Positions 63,485 to 64,000 of a DNA stretch of 64,000 nucleotides are shown in pieces (position 1 is the stretch's first letter; each line of letters starts with the position of its first letter). A program made the position numbers and the translations under genes. Source of the DNA: Sedimentisphaerales bacterium (lineage in GTDB: Bacteria > Planctomycetota > Phycisphaerae > Sedimentisphaerales > SM23-30); assembly GCA_963666285.1 (NCBI GenBank), contig OY762711.1; one strand, given 5' to 3'. Under the pieces are notes generated by a model. It worked only from the letters and a program-made list of their open reading frames with translations, was not told where the DNA came from and searched no databases.

Positions 63485-64000
63485 TTACTCCTTAACAGTA
63501 CTTAGATAGCTCCGTCTCTTCAAACTTCGTTGTACTGCAAGTATAATAGCAATTAATAAAATTACAGCCGGCGCTGCTATCGTGTTAAAATATTGCAAGG
63601 TTTGGCCTAAAGCCTCTATTTTTTGACGCTTAGACTTTTTCACCTTTCTCAGTTCATTTTCTTTTTCTGCTATATTAACTTCAAGTTTCTTTTGAGCCTC
63701 AGTAAACTTGGAAGCATTAACTACCATCTTACCCTGATTTCTGGCCTCACTCAGAACCGTATTAAGCTCATCCTGATATTTCTTAATATCATCCTGAATA
63801 GCATTAACCTGCTTTTCTGTTTCTTCTTCAGCCTGAGCTTCAATTTTATCAACCCTGGTAAACGGTCTTTTGAAATTTCCTCGACTGCGTATAGCAATCA
63901 GCTCATCAGAACCCAGCAGGTTATCAACTGTATTCATCAACAAGGAAGCATTATCATCTTTAGGAGAAGCTCCAAACGGAGAATTATTATACGCAATACC
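63485..64000 (-). CDS. GldG-like / ABC-type uncharacterised transport protein, C-terminal part (partial)
   Basis: DNA.LLMNTVDNLLGSDELIAIRSRG...RPF, coiled coil, C-terminal TM. Confidence 0.75.
   Translation of the reverse strand, partial: GIAYNNSPFGASPKDDNASLLMNTVDNLLGSDELIAIRSRGNFKRPFTRVDKIEAQAEEETEKQVNAIQDDIKKYQDELNTVLSEARNQGKMVVNASKFTEAQKKLEVNIAEKENELRKVKKSKRQKIEALGQTLQYFNTIAAPAVILLIAIILAVQRSLKRRSYLSTVKE

Noticed and set aside
1..64000. CRISPR array, rRNA or prophage
   Set aside because: No regularly spaced repeats, rRNA-like sequence or phage genes seen.

Overview
Bacterial genomic window; gene content and protein style suggest a Planctomycetota (Phycisphaerae-like) organism, which is inference only. 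1-8038 (-): 5' part of a giant secreted Ig/cadherin-repeat protein that runs off the window. 9.1-40.5 kb (+): an exopolysaccharide/exosortase locus (Wzx, Wzy-like, glycosyltransferases, nucleotide-sugar enzymes, EpsI/EpsH, Wzc-like kinase, priming transferase, TPR protein, histidine kinase, sigma-54 regulator, HtrA) with an IS5 remnant. 40.5-51.5 kb: a sigma-54 regulator, a secreted beta-helix protein and a minus-strand hydrolase operon (two esterases, sialidase, DUF3472-GH16). 52.8-64 kb: housekeeping genes (tadA, hflX, bamA, tRNA-His, gspG/gspF and others). Main finding: two apparently identical 719-nt RT-less group II introns (46865-47583 and 49820-50538, minus strand), each inserted at ATGA|A just after a host start codon. 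Their predicted exon-binding sites are complementary to the start codon (UCAUA) and to the Shine-Dalgarno sequence (UUCCUU). The intron is stop-free from the host AUG to a UAAUG overlap in domain VI, and domain VI carries its own sequestered SD and in-frame AUG, so the host gene could be expressed with or without splicing.
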